From positions 1-64,000 of the forward strand of contig CAVPPZ010000014.1 in the NCBI GenBank assembly GCA_963707305.1: a DNA stretch of 64,000 bases. Reading direction: 5' to 3'. The stretch's first letter is position 1, and each line of letters opens with the position of its first letter. This document shows positions 51,119-62,372 of this stretch, one piece after another. This DNA is from an uncultured Candidatus Rokubacteria bacterium (lineage in GTDB: Bacteria > Methylomirabilota > Methylomirabilia > Rokubacteriales > CSP1-6). A program made the position numbers and the translations under genes. The notes under the pieces are model-generated. The model saw only the letters and a program-made list of their open reading frames with translations, was not told where the DNA came from and ran no database searches.

Positions 51119-51832
51119 TCAACCGACGATGTCCCCGGCCAGCACGCGGGTGGGGCCGGTCTCGGTCTCCAGGAGGAGCGCGCCGTCATCGTCCAGTCCG
51201 ATCGCCGTCCCGACCACCTCGCCGGCGGTGATGCGGCGCCCCAGCATGCTCGCGAGCACGGTCCACCGCGTCCGGACCGGTGTAAACCCCTCGTGCTCGA
51301 GCCGGCCTCGCCAGTGGGCCACCGTGGCGAGGATGGCGCCGAGAATCGCGTCGCGATCGGCGCGTCCATGCTCGATCGCCACCGAGGTCGCCTGCGGCGC
51401 GAGCCGAGCGCGGACGGACGTCTGCGCGACGTTGACGCCGATGCCGAGGATCACGGCGTCGCCGTGGCGCTCGAGCAGCACGCCCGCGATCTTCCGGCCG
51501 CCGATGACCACATCGTTCGGCCACTTCAGACGCGCGTCGACGCCGGCGCTCTCGATCAGCGCCTCGGCGACGGCGACGCCCGCGGCGATCGACAGGGTTG
51601 GCAGCCGCGCGAGCGGCAAGGACGTCCGGAGCACGACGGACAGCAACAGGCTTTCGCCCGGCGTGTCGAGCCACACGCGTCCGCGCCGGCCCCGTCCCTG
51701 CGTCTGCGTGTCGGCCACGACCGCGGTGCCGTCGACGGCGCCGTCGGCCGCGAGCGCGGCGGCATGACGCTGCGTGGAGTCGACGGTCTCGAGGCGAACG
51801 ATCGGGGGCGCGACGTCAGCGCGTGCCGTCAT
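51119..51832 (-). CDS. birA: biotin--[acetyl-CoA-carboxylase] ligase (no N-terminal HTH)
   Basis: 237 aa with the biotin ligase motif GRGRRGRVW. Confidence 0.8.
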   Translation of the reverse strand: MTARADVAPPIVRLETVDSTQRHAAALAADGAVDGTAVVADTQTQGRGRRGRVWLDTPGESLLLSVVLRTSLPLARLPTLSIAAGVAVAEALIESAGVDARLKWPNDVVIGGRKIAGVLLERHGDAVILGIGVNVAQTSVRARLAPQATSVAIEHGRADRDAILGAILATVAHWRGRLEHEGFTPVRTRWTVLASMLGRRITAGEVVGTAIGLDDDGALLLETETGPTRVLAGDIVG

Positions 51833-51854
51833 TGACCTTGACGGTCCATGACCG

Positions 51855-54494
51855 TCAATCGTTTTCCAGCCAGCTGAGGCTCGCGGTGAGCTTGGCGTGC
51901 AACGCCTCCTGCTCGGCGAGCTTCTCGCGCTCCTTCTCGACGATCTCGGCCGGCGCGCGCTCGACGAAGTCCGGGCGGCCGAGCTTCGCCCGCGTGAAGC
52001 CCATCGTCTCGTTCGTCTTCTTGATCTCCTTCTGGATCCGCTGCCGCTCCGCCGCGACGTCCACCACGCCGGCGAGCGCGACGTACAGCTCGGAGGCGCC
52101 GACGACGCCCAGGGCCGAGCCCTGCGGACGCATGGCCGCCGGATCCACGGTGACCGTCGACCGGCTCAGCGACTCGATCAGCACGCGATGCTCGCTGAAG
52201 ACCGCCGCGTCGTCGCCGTGCGGACGGAGCGTGACTTCCAGCGAGGTGCCCGGCCCGATCCGCATCTCGCCGCGGATCGTGCGCACCGTCGTGATCGCGC
52301 CCATCACCAGCGCGACGAACCGATCGACCGCGGCGTCGGCGGGAAGCGCGGCCGTCTTCGGATACGGCGCGACCATGATCGAGTCGCCGGCGTGCGGCAG
52401 CCGCTGCCAGATCTCCTCGGTGATGAACGGCATCAGCGGATGCAGGAGACGGAGCGTCTCCTCCAGCACCGTCACGAGCGTGTGCTGCGTGGCCTCGCGC
52501 GCGGCCGGACTCTCCGGGCGATAGAGCGAGCGCTTCGCGATCTCGAGGTACCAGTCGCAGTAGTCGCTCCACACGAACTGGTAGAGCACCGACGCCGCGT
52601 CGTTGAAGCGGTACTTCTCGAGCGCGTCGCGGACCTCGGCCACGGTGGCCGCGAGCCGCCGGCGGATCCAGCGGTCGGGCACGGCCTCGCTCGGCCGCGC
52701 GCGCGACGCCTCGTAGCCCTCGAGGTTCGACAGCACGAGCCGCGAGGCGTTCCAGAGCTTGTTCGCGAAGTTGCGCGACGCCTCCAGGCGGTCCTCGGCG
52801 ATGCGGATGTCGCGGGCGCCCGGCAGGACCATGCCCGCCAGCATGAAGCGCAGCGCATCGGTGCCGTACTTGTCGAGCAGGTCGAGCGGGTCGACGACGT
52901 TGCCCTTCGTCTTCGACATCTTCTGGCCTTCGGGATCCCGGACGAGCGTGTGCAGGTACACGTCGCGGAACGGCACCTCGCGCATCAGGTGCAGCCCGAG
53001 CATGGCCATGCGCGCGACCCAGAAGAACAGGATGTCGTAGCCGGTGACGAGGACCGCCGTGGGATAGAAGGTCCGCAGCTCCGGCGTGTCGTCCGGCCAG
53101 CCGAGCGTCGAGAACGGCCAGAGGCCGGACGAGAACCACGTGTCGAGGACGTCCGTCTCCGGGCGCAGCGGGCGCTGGCACGACGGACATGCCGTCAGGT
53201 CCGTGCGCGAGACGAACACCTTCTCTTCGCTGTCGCAGTACCACGCGGGGATCCGGTGGCCCCACCAGAGCTGGCGCGAGATGCACCAGGGGCGGATGTT
53301 CTCCATCCAGTGGTGGAACACCTTCGCCCAGTGCGGCGGGAGCACGGTGATGCGGCCGTCGTTCACCGCCGCGTCCGCCGCGTCGGCGAGCGGCTTCACC
53401 TTCACGTACCACTGCTTCGAGACGAGCGGCTCCACGACGGTCTTGCAGCGGTAGCAGAGGCCGACGGCGTGCCGATACGGCTCGATCCGATCGATCAGGC
53501 CGAGCGCCTGCATGTCCTCGACGATGCGCTTGCGCGTCTCGAAGCGATCGAGGCCCGCGTACTTGCCGGCGGCCGCCGTCATCTTGCCGTCGAAGCCGAT
53601 GACCGTCCGGATCGGCAGCCCGTGGCGGCGCCCGATCTCGAAGTCCACCGGATCGTGCCCGGGCGTGACCTTGATGACGCCGGTCCCGAACTCGGGATCG
53701 ACCGCGTCGTCCGCGACGACCTTCACGCGGATGGTGCCGTCCACCGAGGGGATCTCGAGCGTCTGTCCCACGTACTGCGCGTAGCGCGGGTCGTTCGGAT
53801 GCACGGCGAGCCCGGTGTCGCCCAGCTTCGTCTCCGGGCGCACGGTGCCGAGCGTCAGCGGCCCGTACTTGATGTAGACGAACTCCGCGTCCCGGTCCTC
53901 GCGCTCGACCTCGAGGTCCGCGAGCACGGTCTGACAGCGCGGGCACCAGTTCACGATGTAGTCGTCGCGATAGATCAGGCCGTCTTCGTAGAGCCGGACG
54001 AACGCTTCGCGGACCGCCCGTGACAGCCCTGGGTCCATCGTGAACCGCTCGCGCCGCCAGTCGCACGACGCGCCCAGGCGCTTGAGCTGGCGGATGATCG
54101 TCCCGCCCGACTCCTCCTTCCACTGGAGGACGCGCGCGAGGAATCCCGCGTAGCCGAGGTCTTCCTTGGTCTTGCCTTCCGCGGCGAGCTGCCGTTCGAC
54201 CACGTACTGCGTGGCGATGCCCGCGTGGTCGGTGCCGGGCATCCACAGCGCGTTGAAGCCGTCCATGCGCTTCATCCGGATGAGGATGTCCTGCAGCGTG
54301 TTCACGAGCGCGTGGCCCATGTGCAGCGAGCCCGTCACGTTGGGCGGCGGGATCACGATGCAGTACGGCGGGCGCGGATCGTCGGCCTCGGCATGGAAGA
54401 GCCCGCGCTTCTCCCACTCCGGATACCAGCGGGCCTCGACCGCCGCCGGCTCGTAGCGGTCGGGAATGTTCGTGGCGTTGCCGTTCGCGCTCAC
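51855..54494 (-). CDS. valS: valine--tRNA ligase
   Basis: Intact ~880-aa ORF. GTG 54494 overlaps the upstream gene stop (GTGA). The HIGH motif is HMGHAL and the KMSKS motif is KMSKT. C-terminal coiled coil. Confidence 0.9.
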   Translation of the reverse strand: MSANGNATNIPDRYEPAAVEARWYPEWEKRGLFHAEADDPRPPYCIVIPPPNVTGSLHMGHALVNTLQDILIRMKRMDGFNALWMPGTDHAGIATQYVVERQLAAEGKTKEDLGYAGFLARVLQWKEESGGTIIRQLKRLGASCDWRRERFTMDPGLSRAVREAFVRLYEDGLIYRDDYIVNWCPRCQTVLADLEVEREDRDAEFVYIKYGPLTLGTVRPETKLGDTGLAVHPNDPRYAQYVGQTLEIPSVDGTIRVKVVADDAVDPEFGTGVIKVTPGHDPVDFEIGRRHGLPIRTVIGFDGKMTAAAGKYAGLDRFETRKRIVEDMQALGLIDRIEPYRHAVGLCYRCKTVVEPLVSKQWYVKVKPLADAADAAVNDGRITVLPPHWAKVFHHWMENIRPWCISRQLWWGHRIPAWYCDSEEKVFVSRTDLTACPSCQRPLRPETDVLDTWFSSGLWPFSTLGWPDDTPELRTFYPTAVLVTGYDILFFWVARMAMLGLHLMREVPFRDVYLHTLVRDPEGQKMSKTKGNVVDPLDLLDKYGTDALRFMLAGMVLPGARDIRIAEDRLEASRNFANKLWNASRLVLSNLEGYEASRARPSEAVPDRWIRRRLAATVAEVRDALEKYRFNDAASVLYQFVWSDYCDWYLEIAKRSLYRPESPAAREATQHTLVTVLEETLRLLHPLMPFITEEIWQRLPHAGDSIMVAPYPKTAALPADAAVDRFVALVMGAITTVRTIRGEMRIGPGTSLEVTLRPHGDDAAVFSEHRVLIESLSRSTVTVDPAAMRPQGSALGVVGASELYVALAGVVDVAAERQRIQKEIKKTNETMGFTRAKLGRPDFVERAPAEIVEKEREKLAEQEALHAKLTASLSWLEND

Positions 54495-55537
54495 GGCATC
54501 ACCGGCGACGCCGACGTGACACGCCAGCCGGCGGCGCCCGCGCGCTGGAACGTGAGCGACCACGGCGACCCGTGGCCGTCGCTGGCGGCGACCGAGACGT
54601 TCGCGCCCGTCATCGCGTCGCACACGGGCTCCGGCTCGAGCTTCGCGGGCAGCCGCTCGCGCACGCGGGGATCCGGCACGAGGCCGGCGACCGCGCGGCG
54701 GTCGCCACCCGCGAGCGCCGTGAAGAGCCGCGCGACCGACGCACGAAGCTCGCGATGCCACGCCTCGTACTGCCGCTGGCTCACGCGTGCGTAGGCGCCC
54801 GTGGCCGGCGCCAGTCGGTAGACGTCTTCTTGCTCCGTCTGGCCCTCGCAGCCCGCCACCCACCCGGGATACCGGAGCTCGTAGCGGATGCGGAGCTCGG
54901 GGCCACGGACCGTGTAGCTCCGAGCGACCAGTCCGTCGGGATAGACCTCCGCCGTCGACCACACGACGCGGACGCCTTCGGCGTATTGCCGCGCGAGCTC
55001 GAGGCGAAGCGGACGGCTGATCTGGCCCGACGCGGTGCCTTCCCACGCGACGAGGAACTGCACCATGCCGCCCCCCGCCGGCGAGAGCGGATAGAGCGCC
55101 GGGCGGCCTTCGCGCGCGATCGTGGTCAGCAGCGCGGCTTCGTCGCGGAGTCGACCGTACACGCGGATGCTGTTCGCGGTCGCGCGCTCCCCGAGCTGGA
55201 AGACGCCGACGACCAGCTGGCCGAGCCGCACAATGCGCACGGCCGCGCCGCCCCAGGCGTCACTGAACGCGTCCAGGCGGTCCTGCAGGAACGCGGTGGA
55301 TGCGAAGACGCCGCCGGAGCCGAGACTCTCGACGATCTCTTCGTCGAGGAGCGCGTACGCCTCGCCATAGGCGTCGGCCGACGTGCCGGCATCGAGGATC
55401 TGGGCGGCGCTCAGGCGCTCGGACACGAGCGCGCGGAAGCGCTCCAGACGATCGGGAACGGGGCCCGCGGCGACGCTGACGGCCGCCGCGACGGCAGCAG
55501 CGGCGAGGGCGGCCGCGAACCGGTAAGTCCGCGTCAC
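54491..55537 (-). CDS. hypothetical secreted protein
   Basis: GTG start region V(S/T)RTYRFAAALAAAAVAAAVSVAAG is a signal peptide. No recognisable domain, and the start codon is uncertain. The long upstream extension to 56974 is a GC-frame artefact. Confidence 0.4.
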   Translation of the reverse strand: MTRTYRFAAALAAAAVAAAVSVAAGPVPDRLERFRALVSERLSAAQILDAGTSADAYGEAYALLDEEIVESLGSGGVFASTAFLQDRLDAFSDAWGGAAVRIVRLGQLVVGVFQLGERATANSIRVYGRLRDEAALLTTIAREGRPALYPLSPAGGGMVQFLVAWEGTASGQISRPLRLELARQYAEGVRVVWSTAEVYPDGLVARSYTVRGPELRIRYELRYPGWVAGCEGQTEQEDVYRLAPATGAYARVSQRQYEAWHRELRASVARLFTALAGGDRRAVAGLVPDPRVRERLPAKLEPEPVCDAMTGANVSVAASDGHGSPWSLTFQRAGAAGWRVTSASPVMP

Positions 55538-55591
55538 GCCAAGCGATCTCGGTGACACTCGCCTATGGTACAACAGGCGGAGCCTCCGACG

Positions 55592-56865
55592 ATGCTGCGC
55601 CTCATCTCGGTCATCGATCGGTACGTCCTTCGGGAGTTGCTCGCCCCGCTCTGCTTGAGTGGCGCGGTGTTGACCTTCTTTCTCCTGATCGACCGGATCT
55701 ACAGCCTCACGGACCTGGTCATCACGAAGGGCGTCCCCTTCCACCTGGTCGCCCAGCTGCTCGTCTTCATGATGCCGTCCTTCCTCGCCCTGACCCTGCC
55801 GATGGCGCTGCTCGTCGCCGTCCTCCTCGCGGGCGGACGCATGGCGGGAGACCTCGAGGTGGTCGCCCTCCAGGCCTCCGGCGTCAGTCCGCTCCGGCTC
55901 TTCAGCCCGGTGATCGCGGTCGCCCTGATGGTGACCCTGGCCTCGGGCGCCCTGACGCTCGTCCTCGGCCCGCCCGCCAACCGCGAGTTCCAGGCGCAGC
56001 TCTTCAAGATCCTCGAAGCGCGGGCGACCGCGGGGCTCAAGGAGCGCGTGTTCAACGCGGACTTCGGGGACGTCGTCATCTACCCCGAGGAGATCAGCGC
56101 CTCGCAGGTCGCCCTCCGCGGGCTCCTCGTCTCCGACGAGCGCGATCCCAAGCTGACGCGCATCATCACCGCGCGCGAGGGGCGCCTGCTCCCGGACGAG
56201 GTCAACCGGCGCATCACCCTCCGGCTCCTCGATGGCGGCGTGAACGAGGCGGACGTCCTGCCGGCGGTGCCGACGCCGGGCGACGCGGGAGGCGCCGTCG
56301 CCACGACGCCCGATGGCAGCGGCGGCGGCGCCGCGGCGGCCGGGCGCTATCGGTACACCGCCTTCGGCCTCTACGACATGAGTCTGCCCCTCGACACGCG
56401 GCTGCGCGGCGCCGCGCGCTTCGAGAAGCCCGAGAAGGACTACTCGCTGAGCCAGCTCGAAGCGAGCATCGCGGCGTTCGCCGACCAGCCCCAGCGGCGG
56501 GCGGCCTTCGCGGTCGAGTGGCACAAGCGATTCGCGTTCCCGCTCGCCGCCCTCGTCTTCGCGATCGTGGGGTTCCCGCTCGCCATCCGCTCGCACCGGG
56601 GCGGGCGCGCGATCGCGCTCGTCGGGAGCCTCGTGATCCTCACCCTCTACTACCTCCTCGTGACGGCGCTGGAAGGCGCCGCGCTCCGCGGACGGTTCCC
56701 GTCCTGGGCGGCCATCTGGACGCCGAACCTGCTCTTCGGCGCCATCGGCGTGCTGCTGATGATCGTGGTGGTGAAGGACCTGCGATGGCGACGCGCCCGA
56801 GCGCTCTGGCGTCTCGTCGAGATCCCGGCCGTGCGATGGCGCCGATCCGGCGCCGGGAGCCGTGA
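55592..56865 (+). CDS. lptF: LPS export ABC transporter permease LptF (frameshift near 3' end)
   Basis: ATG 55592 with a GGAG ribosome-binding site. MLRLISVIDRYVLRELL is the YjgP/YjgQ N-terminus. 6 transmembrane helices. The reading frame lacks a stop until 59107; another frame ends with a TGA overlapping the lptG GTG at 56862. Confidence 0.75.
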
Positions 56866-57971
56866 TCCGCAAGACCGGCCCGGACGACTCGACCCACATC
56901 ATCGACCGGTATCTCCTCCGCTCCCAGGTCACGTTCATGCTGATCGGGCTCGCGGTGGCCGCCGCGCTCTTCATCGTGGTGGACCTCGCGCAGACGCTGG
57001 ACCGCTTCCTGCGAGCGAAGCCGCCGCTGGGCTACATCCTCGAGCACTTCGTCTACCGGCTCCCCGCGGGGCTGTACGACGGCCTGCCCATCGTCATGCT
57101 GGTGGCGACGATCTTCCTGTTCCTCACGCTCACCCGGAACCACGAGCTCACGGCGCTCAAGGCGGCGGGCGTGAGCCTCTATCGCATCAGCGCGCCCATC
57201 ATCGTGCTCGGCGTCGGCGTCGCGGTCCTCGCGGCCGTCTTCCAGGAGACCGTGCTGCCGCTCATCAACGAGCGCGGCGACGAGGTCGACCGCGTGAAGA
57301 TTCGCGGCCAGCTGCCCCGGCACATGCAGTCGCGCGCACGGCTCTGGCTCCGCGGCGCCGACACGCGCTTCTACCGCGTCGAGCTGCTCGCCCCCGGCAC
57401 GTCCGATCTCTTCGGCGTGACCATTCTCGAGCTCACGCCCGACTTCCGGCTGCAGAGCCGGCTGGACGCGCGGCGCGCTCACTGGTCGGGCGACGCGTGG
57501 GAGCTGAAGGACGGCGCGTTCCGCGAGGCGAACGCCGAGGGACAGATCGACTCCGTGCCCTTCAACCTGACGACGCTCAACCTGACCGAGCGCATCGAGG
57601 ACTTCACGCAGATCCAGAAGCCGGTCTCGGCCATGAGCTACCGGGAGCTGAGCGACTACGTCAAAAAGCTCGAAGCCGCCGGCTTCCACGCGCAGAAGTA
57701 CCTGGTCGAGCTCTACGCGAAGGTGGCGTTCCCGCTCGTGAACCTGATCATGGTGCTGGTGGCCATCCCGTTCGCGCTCCAGGCCCCGCGCTCCACGCGC
57801 CTGGTCGGCATCGCGCTGGCGATCATCATCATGGTGGGCTACGTCGTCGTCCACCAGGCCGCCGTCGCGCTCGCCCGCGCGGACTTGTTGCCGCCGGTCC
57901 TCGCCGCGTGGACGGCGAACGTGATCTTCCTGGGCCTGGGTCTCTCGCTCTTCGCGCGCGCCCGGACTTGA
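56862..57971 (+). CDS. lptG: LPS export ABC transporter permease LptG
   Basis: GTG start gives (M)IRKTGPDDSTHIIDRYLLRS. YjgP/YjgQ family, 369 aa, intact. Confidence 0.8.
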   Translation: MIRKTGPDDSTHIIDRYLLRSQVTFMLIGLAVAAALFIVVDLAQTLDRFLRAKPPLGYILEHFVYRLPAGLYDGLPIVMLVATIFLFLTLTRNHELTALKAAGVSLYRISAPIIVLGVGVAVLAAVFQETVLPLINERGDEVDRVKIRGQLPRHMQSRARLWLRGADTRFYRVELLAPGTSDLFGVTILELTPDFRLQSRLDARRAHWSGDAWELKDGAFREANAEGQIDSVPFNLTTLNLTERIEDFTQIQKPVSAMSYRELSDYVKKLEAAGFHAQKYLVELYAKVAFPLVNLIMVLVAIPFALQAPRSTRLVGIALAIIIMVGYVVVHQAAVALARADLLPPVLAAWTANVIFLGLGLSLFARART

Positions 57972-58019
57972 TCGACTCGGGGACGGGCCCTAACCGACAG
58001 CTCGCCCGCGCGGGCCGGG

Positions 58020-58160
58020 CGGCGCCGGGGGGCCCCAGGGGGGCGGGTGACATCCGTCCCCCGCACCGGGTTCGGCACGTGCTCGCCGGTGCGATGGAAA
58101 CATGTCGGCGCAGGACCGCGCCAAACACTGTCGGGGTTCAGAGCCCCCCTGGGGCCCCCG
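58020..58160. mobile_element. MITE-like element with 17-bp terminal inverted repeats GGGGGGCCCCAGGGGGG / CCCCCCTGGGGCCCCCC
   Basis: The inverted repeats at ~58027-58043 and ~58139-58155 are exact reverse complements. They flank ~95 bp of non-coding sequence in the convergent lptG / UPF0182 intergenic region. Confidence 0.4.
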
Positions 58161-58195
58161 CCGCCCGCCGGCCCCGCGCCGTGCGAGCCTGCCGG

Positions 58196-60945
58196 CTACG
58201 GCTTCGCGCCGCCGCCGAGCGAGCGCAAGACTTCCTCGAGCCGCTTCTGCTCGGCGCCGTAGGCCGCCCAGTCGCCGCGGCGGAGTGCCTCCTGCGAGCG
58301 GCCCCAGATCTCCCAGGCGCGCTGACCGAGCGCGCCGAGCGGGGCGGGCGCGGTCGGTGCGGCCGGCGAAGGGCCGCGCGCGGGCGCCGCCTCGGCGGCG
58401 GTCGGCCGGAGGCCGGTGAAGATCCGCGCGAGCGATTGCTCGAGCGTGGGCTCCATGGCGATCTGGTTGCCGTACGCGACGATCACGCGCCGCAGCTCCG
58501 GCAGCGCCCCCTGCTCCGACGCCGCCAGGTAGAGCGGCTGCACGTAGATCAGCGACTGGTCGATGGGGATCGCGAGGAGCGAGCCGCGGATCACCTGCGA
58601 GCCGCGCTGGTTCCACAGCGCGAGCTGCTGGGAGATCACCGGGTCCTGATCGATCCGGGCGTCGATCTGGCGCGGACCGTACACGAGCTTCTGCTTCGGG
58701 AAGTTGAAGACGATGAGCCGGCCGTAGTTCGGCGGATCGGAGCGCGCCGCCAGCCACGCGATCATGTTGTCGCGGCGCGCGGGGTTGAAGAGCGTCAGGA
58801 GGACGAACTCCTCCTTCGATTCGCCCGGCACGCGCATGATCGTGTAGTACGGCTCCATCTCCCGGTCACGCCCCTCGATCGCCCGCCGCGGCACCGCCCA
58901 CAGGTCCTCCTTGTTGTAGAACACTTGCGGGTCGAGCATGTGGTACGTCGCGTACTTGCGCGCCTGGATCGCGAAGAAGTCCTCCGGATACCGGATGTGC
59001 TTCTGGAGATCGGCGGGCATCTCCGCCAGCGGCTTCAGCAGCCCGGGGAACGCCTCGCGCGCAGGCGCGGACGATCGGGTCGGTGGGGTCGGCGATGTAG
59101 AACGTGACGTCGCCGTCGTAGGCGTCCACCGTCACCTTCACGGAGTTGCGCATGTAGTTGCCGATGCCCCGCGACGGGCTCGGAGTACGGGTAGCGATCG
59201 GTCGTCGTGTAGCCGTCGAGCATCCACACCAGCCGGCCCGGCGTCGTTGACCACGAGGTACGGATCGCGGTCGTAGCGGAAGAACGGCGCGATGCTGGCG
59301 GACGCGCTGGCTCGATCGTCGCGGTACAGCATGATGCGGCTCTCGGCGTGAGGTCGTTCGAGAGCAGGAGATCTTCGATCTCGCCGAAGCGCGCGGCGAA
59401 CGCGAGCTTCCGGAGCCACGAGCGTGATCACCACGCCGCCGCGGCCCTGCGTAGCGCGTGTACACGTTCTGGTCGCCGGCGCGGATAGTCGAGCTCCTGC
59501 GAGCGCGTGCGGACGAGGACGTACTCGTTGGCGATCTCGCCGTAGTAGATCTCCGGCCGCGTCACCTTCGGGAAGCCGCCCGTCGAGACTGCGGCGGGAT
59601 GTCCTTGACGAGGAACTCCGGCAGCCCCTCGGTGGTGATGCGGTTGACCGGGCCCACCACGACGCCGTAGCCGTGCGTGAACGTCAGGTGCTCGTTGATC
59701 CAGATCCGCGCACTGCAGATGCGGGTACGACAGCTCGCGCGGCGACAGCATGAGCTGGCGGTACTCGCCGTTCACCACGTAGCGGTCGTTGTCGACGTCC
59801 ACGAACTTGTAGTAGGTGCGGATCTCCTGGAGCTGCGCGAAGGTGCGCAGGAGCGGCCGGTAGTCCCACAGCCGGATGTTCTTGATGGTCGAGCTCGTTG
59901 CGCTCCAGCGCGCGCGCATCGAGCGTGCTCGTCGGCCGGGAACTCGCGCTCCTGACGATCCGGTCGAGGCCGTACGGCCTGGCGCGTCATCCGGATGTTG
60001 TGCTCGATGAAGGGCCGCTCGGCCGCCAGCTCGTTGGGCGTGACGCGGAAGCGCTGGAGCAGCGCCGGGTACAGCGCCGAGACCCACCACCCACACGACG
60101 CCCAGCAGCCACCAGCCCGCCCGCCACGAACCGGAGGCCGGGCCGCCCGATCTGGACCAGGCACGCGACGGCGCACAGCGCGGCCAGCACGGCGAGCGCG
60201 CCCAGCATCGGCAGCGTCGCGTTGATGTCGGTGTAGGACGCGCCCACGATGATCCCGCGCGCGCGAGAAGAGCATCTCGAAGCGGTCGAGCCAGAAGCCG
60301 ATCGCCTTCAGCGCCGAGCAGCAGCGCGCCCAGCACGAGGAGATGCGCGCGGGCGCCGGACGGCGAGGCGCGGGCCGCGCGTCGTCAGCGCGAGGCTGCG
60401 CGCAGCACGTAGACGACCAGCGCGAGCAGCGATCGTTCCCGTCGACGAGCGCCGGTCGCCCAGCCGTGCACAGCCGCCAGAAGGGCAGGACGAACACGAA
60501 GAAGCCGAGGTCGCGACCGAAGAGCGGATCGGTCGTGCCGAACGGCGCGGCCGTTCAGGAAGCCGACGACGATCGCCCAGTGCGCGCTGGCGCGCAGCCG
60601 GCCACGATGGAGATGACGAGCAGGACGACGGGCAGGAAACGCCGCAGGAGCGGCTCGATGACGACCCGGCCGGGCAGTCCGAGCTGATCCTCGAGCTCCC
60701 ACACGCACGTCGGGCGCCGCGGTCCGGGCCGCGAACGTGAGGTTGGCGCCACAGGAACACGAGGACGCCGACCAGCATCGCGGTGAACAGCCCGCCGCGC
60801 AGGGACAGGATGCTGCAGGAAGACCTGGCTGTAGCCGACCTCGCCGAACCACAGCCAGTCCGTGTAGAGCGGCACGAGCTGGGCGACGATCGCCAGCAGG
60901 ACGAACACGCAGAATCAGGATGACGACGGGAGGGAGTCGCCTCAT
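58196..60945 (-). CDS. UPF0182-family large membrane protein (at least 6 frameshifts in this assembly)
   Basis: Fragments across frames. The N-terminus is [12 protein letters not shown]... The family motifs include [17 protein letters not shown] and [53 protein letters not shown]. The intact C-terminal 274 aa read ...[20 protein letters not shown]... Confidence 0.65.
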
Positions 60946-60960
60946 GGTCGGCCGTCCAGT

Positions 60961-61030
60961 AGCGGTACTACGTTCGAGCGCGGGCGGTGCCCGCGCTCTC
61001 CTAGTTCTGGGGGAGGGTGCGGAGGGGGCC
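60961..61030. repeat. GC-rich palindromic repeats (GAGCGCGGGC-GGTG-CCCGCGCTC; GGAGGGGGCCTCGACGGCTCCCTCCGAAT)
   Basis: 10-bp stem hairpin plus a copy related to 9969-9995. It lies between the UPF0182 start and the metK stop. Confidence 0.45.
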
Positions 61031-61050
61031 TCGACGGCTCCCTCCGAATC

Positions 61051-62205
61051 TCAGGCATCCTTGCGCAGGTCCTTCGCGCTTGTCCGTCCGCTCCCACGTG
61101 AACTCGGGCTCGGAGCGACCGAAGTGGCCGAAGGCCGCCGTCTTGCGATAGATCGGCCGGCGCAGGTCGAGGTACTCGATGATGCGCGCGCGGCCGGAAA
61201 TCGAAGTGCCGGCGCACGAGCTCCTCGAGGCTGGTGCTCCGTCACCTTGCCGGTGCCGTCGGTCTTGACCATGATCGACACGGGCTCCGGCACACCGATC
61301 GCGTACGCCACCTGCACCTGCGCGCGGTCGGCCAGCCCGGCCGCCACGATGTTCTTGGCGACGTGCCGCGCCATGTACGCGCCGGAGCGGTCGACCTTCG
61401 TCGGATCCTTGCCGGAGAAGGCGCCGCCGCCGTGCGGGCACGACCCGCCGTACGTGTCGACGATGATCTTGCGGCCCGGTGAGGCCCGTGTCGCCCATCG
61501 GGCCGCCGGTCACGAACCGCCCGGTCGGGTTGATGTGGTAGACGACCTTGTCCGGATCGATGAGCGCGCGCCGGGATGACCGGCTGGATCACGTGCTCGA
61601 TGATGTCCTCGCGGATCCGGTCCTGCCCCACGTCGTCGGCGTGCTGCGTGGAGATGCACGATGGTCTCGACGCGCGACCGGCTCGCCGTCGCGGTAGCGC
61701 ACGCTCACCTGGCTCTTGCCGTCGGGGCGGAGGTAGGGCGAGCTCGCCGCTGCGGCGCACCTGGCTGAGCCGCGCCACGAGCCGGTGCGAGAGCATGATC
61801 GGCAGCGGCATGAGCTCCTGGGTCTCGCGGCAGGCGTAGCCGAACATCAGGCCCTGGTCGCCCGCGCCTTCCTTGTCGACGCCGAGCGCGATGTCGCGCG
61901 GACTGCTTGTCGATGGCCGCGATGACGCCGCACGTGTGGCAGTCGAAGCCGTAGTCCGACTTGATGTAGCCGATGTCCCTGATGGTCTCGCGCACGAGCT
62001 GCGGGATGTCGACGTAGCAGTTCGTGGTGATCTCGCCCGCGACCACGACGAGGCCGGTGGTGAGGAGCGTCTCGCACGCCACGCGCCCGCTCGGATCCTG
62101 GGCGAGGATCGCGTCGAGGACGGCGTCGGAGATCTGGTCGGCGATCTTGTCGGGGTGCCCCTCGGTCACCGACTCCGACGTGAACAGGTATTCGTCACGC
62201 GCCAT
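61051..62205 (-). CDS. metK: S-adenosylmethionine synthetase (4-5 frameshifts in this assembly)
   Basis: GGGGAGGA ribosome-binding site. [34 protein letters not shown] in frame 1. Subsequent conserved blocks (GFDCHTCGV; ISTQHADDV; [11 protein letters not shown]; [27 protein letters not shown]; [16 protein letters not shown]) are spread over 4 frames. Confidence 0.85.
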
Positions 62206-62285
62206 GCACTCTTCCTCCCCAACGGCTGAGCTGAAACCGCGTCACTTTAGCACAGACCGGCCGGGCTCCGGCAGCCTGTCGACTG

Positions 62286-62372
62286 CAACGGCGCCCGCGG
62301 AGTGGCACGGCTTCGCCGGGCCGCGAAGCGAGGGGGATTGGGGTGCGTCTCGCACCTCCCATGTCAACCCTC
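62286..62372. repeat. GC-rich palindromic intergenic repeat, copy B (ends CCTCCCATGTCAACC)
   Basis: ~85% identical to copy A (3689-3778), including GGCACGGCTTYGCCGGGC and the hairpin GGGGTGCGTCTCGCACC. It lies between the PGI/PMI stop and the metK start. Confidence 0.6.

Noticed and set aside
62206-62290. Possible SAM riboswitch in the metK leader (GCTAAAG-like segment)
   Set aside because: I cannot match the SAM-I, SAM-II or other SAM riboswitch consensus or pairing scheme by eye. Most of the leader is occupied by the GC-repeat copy B. An Rfam cmscan would be needed.
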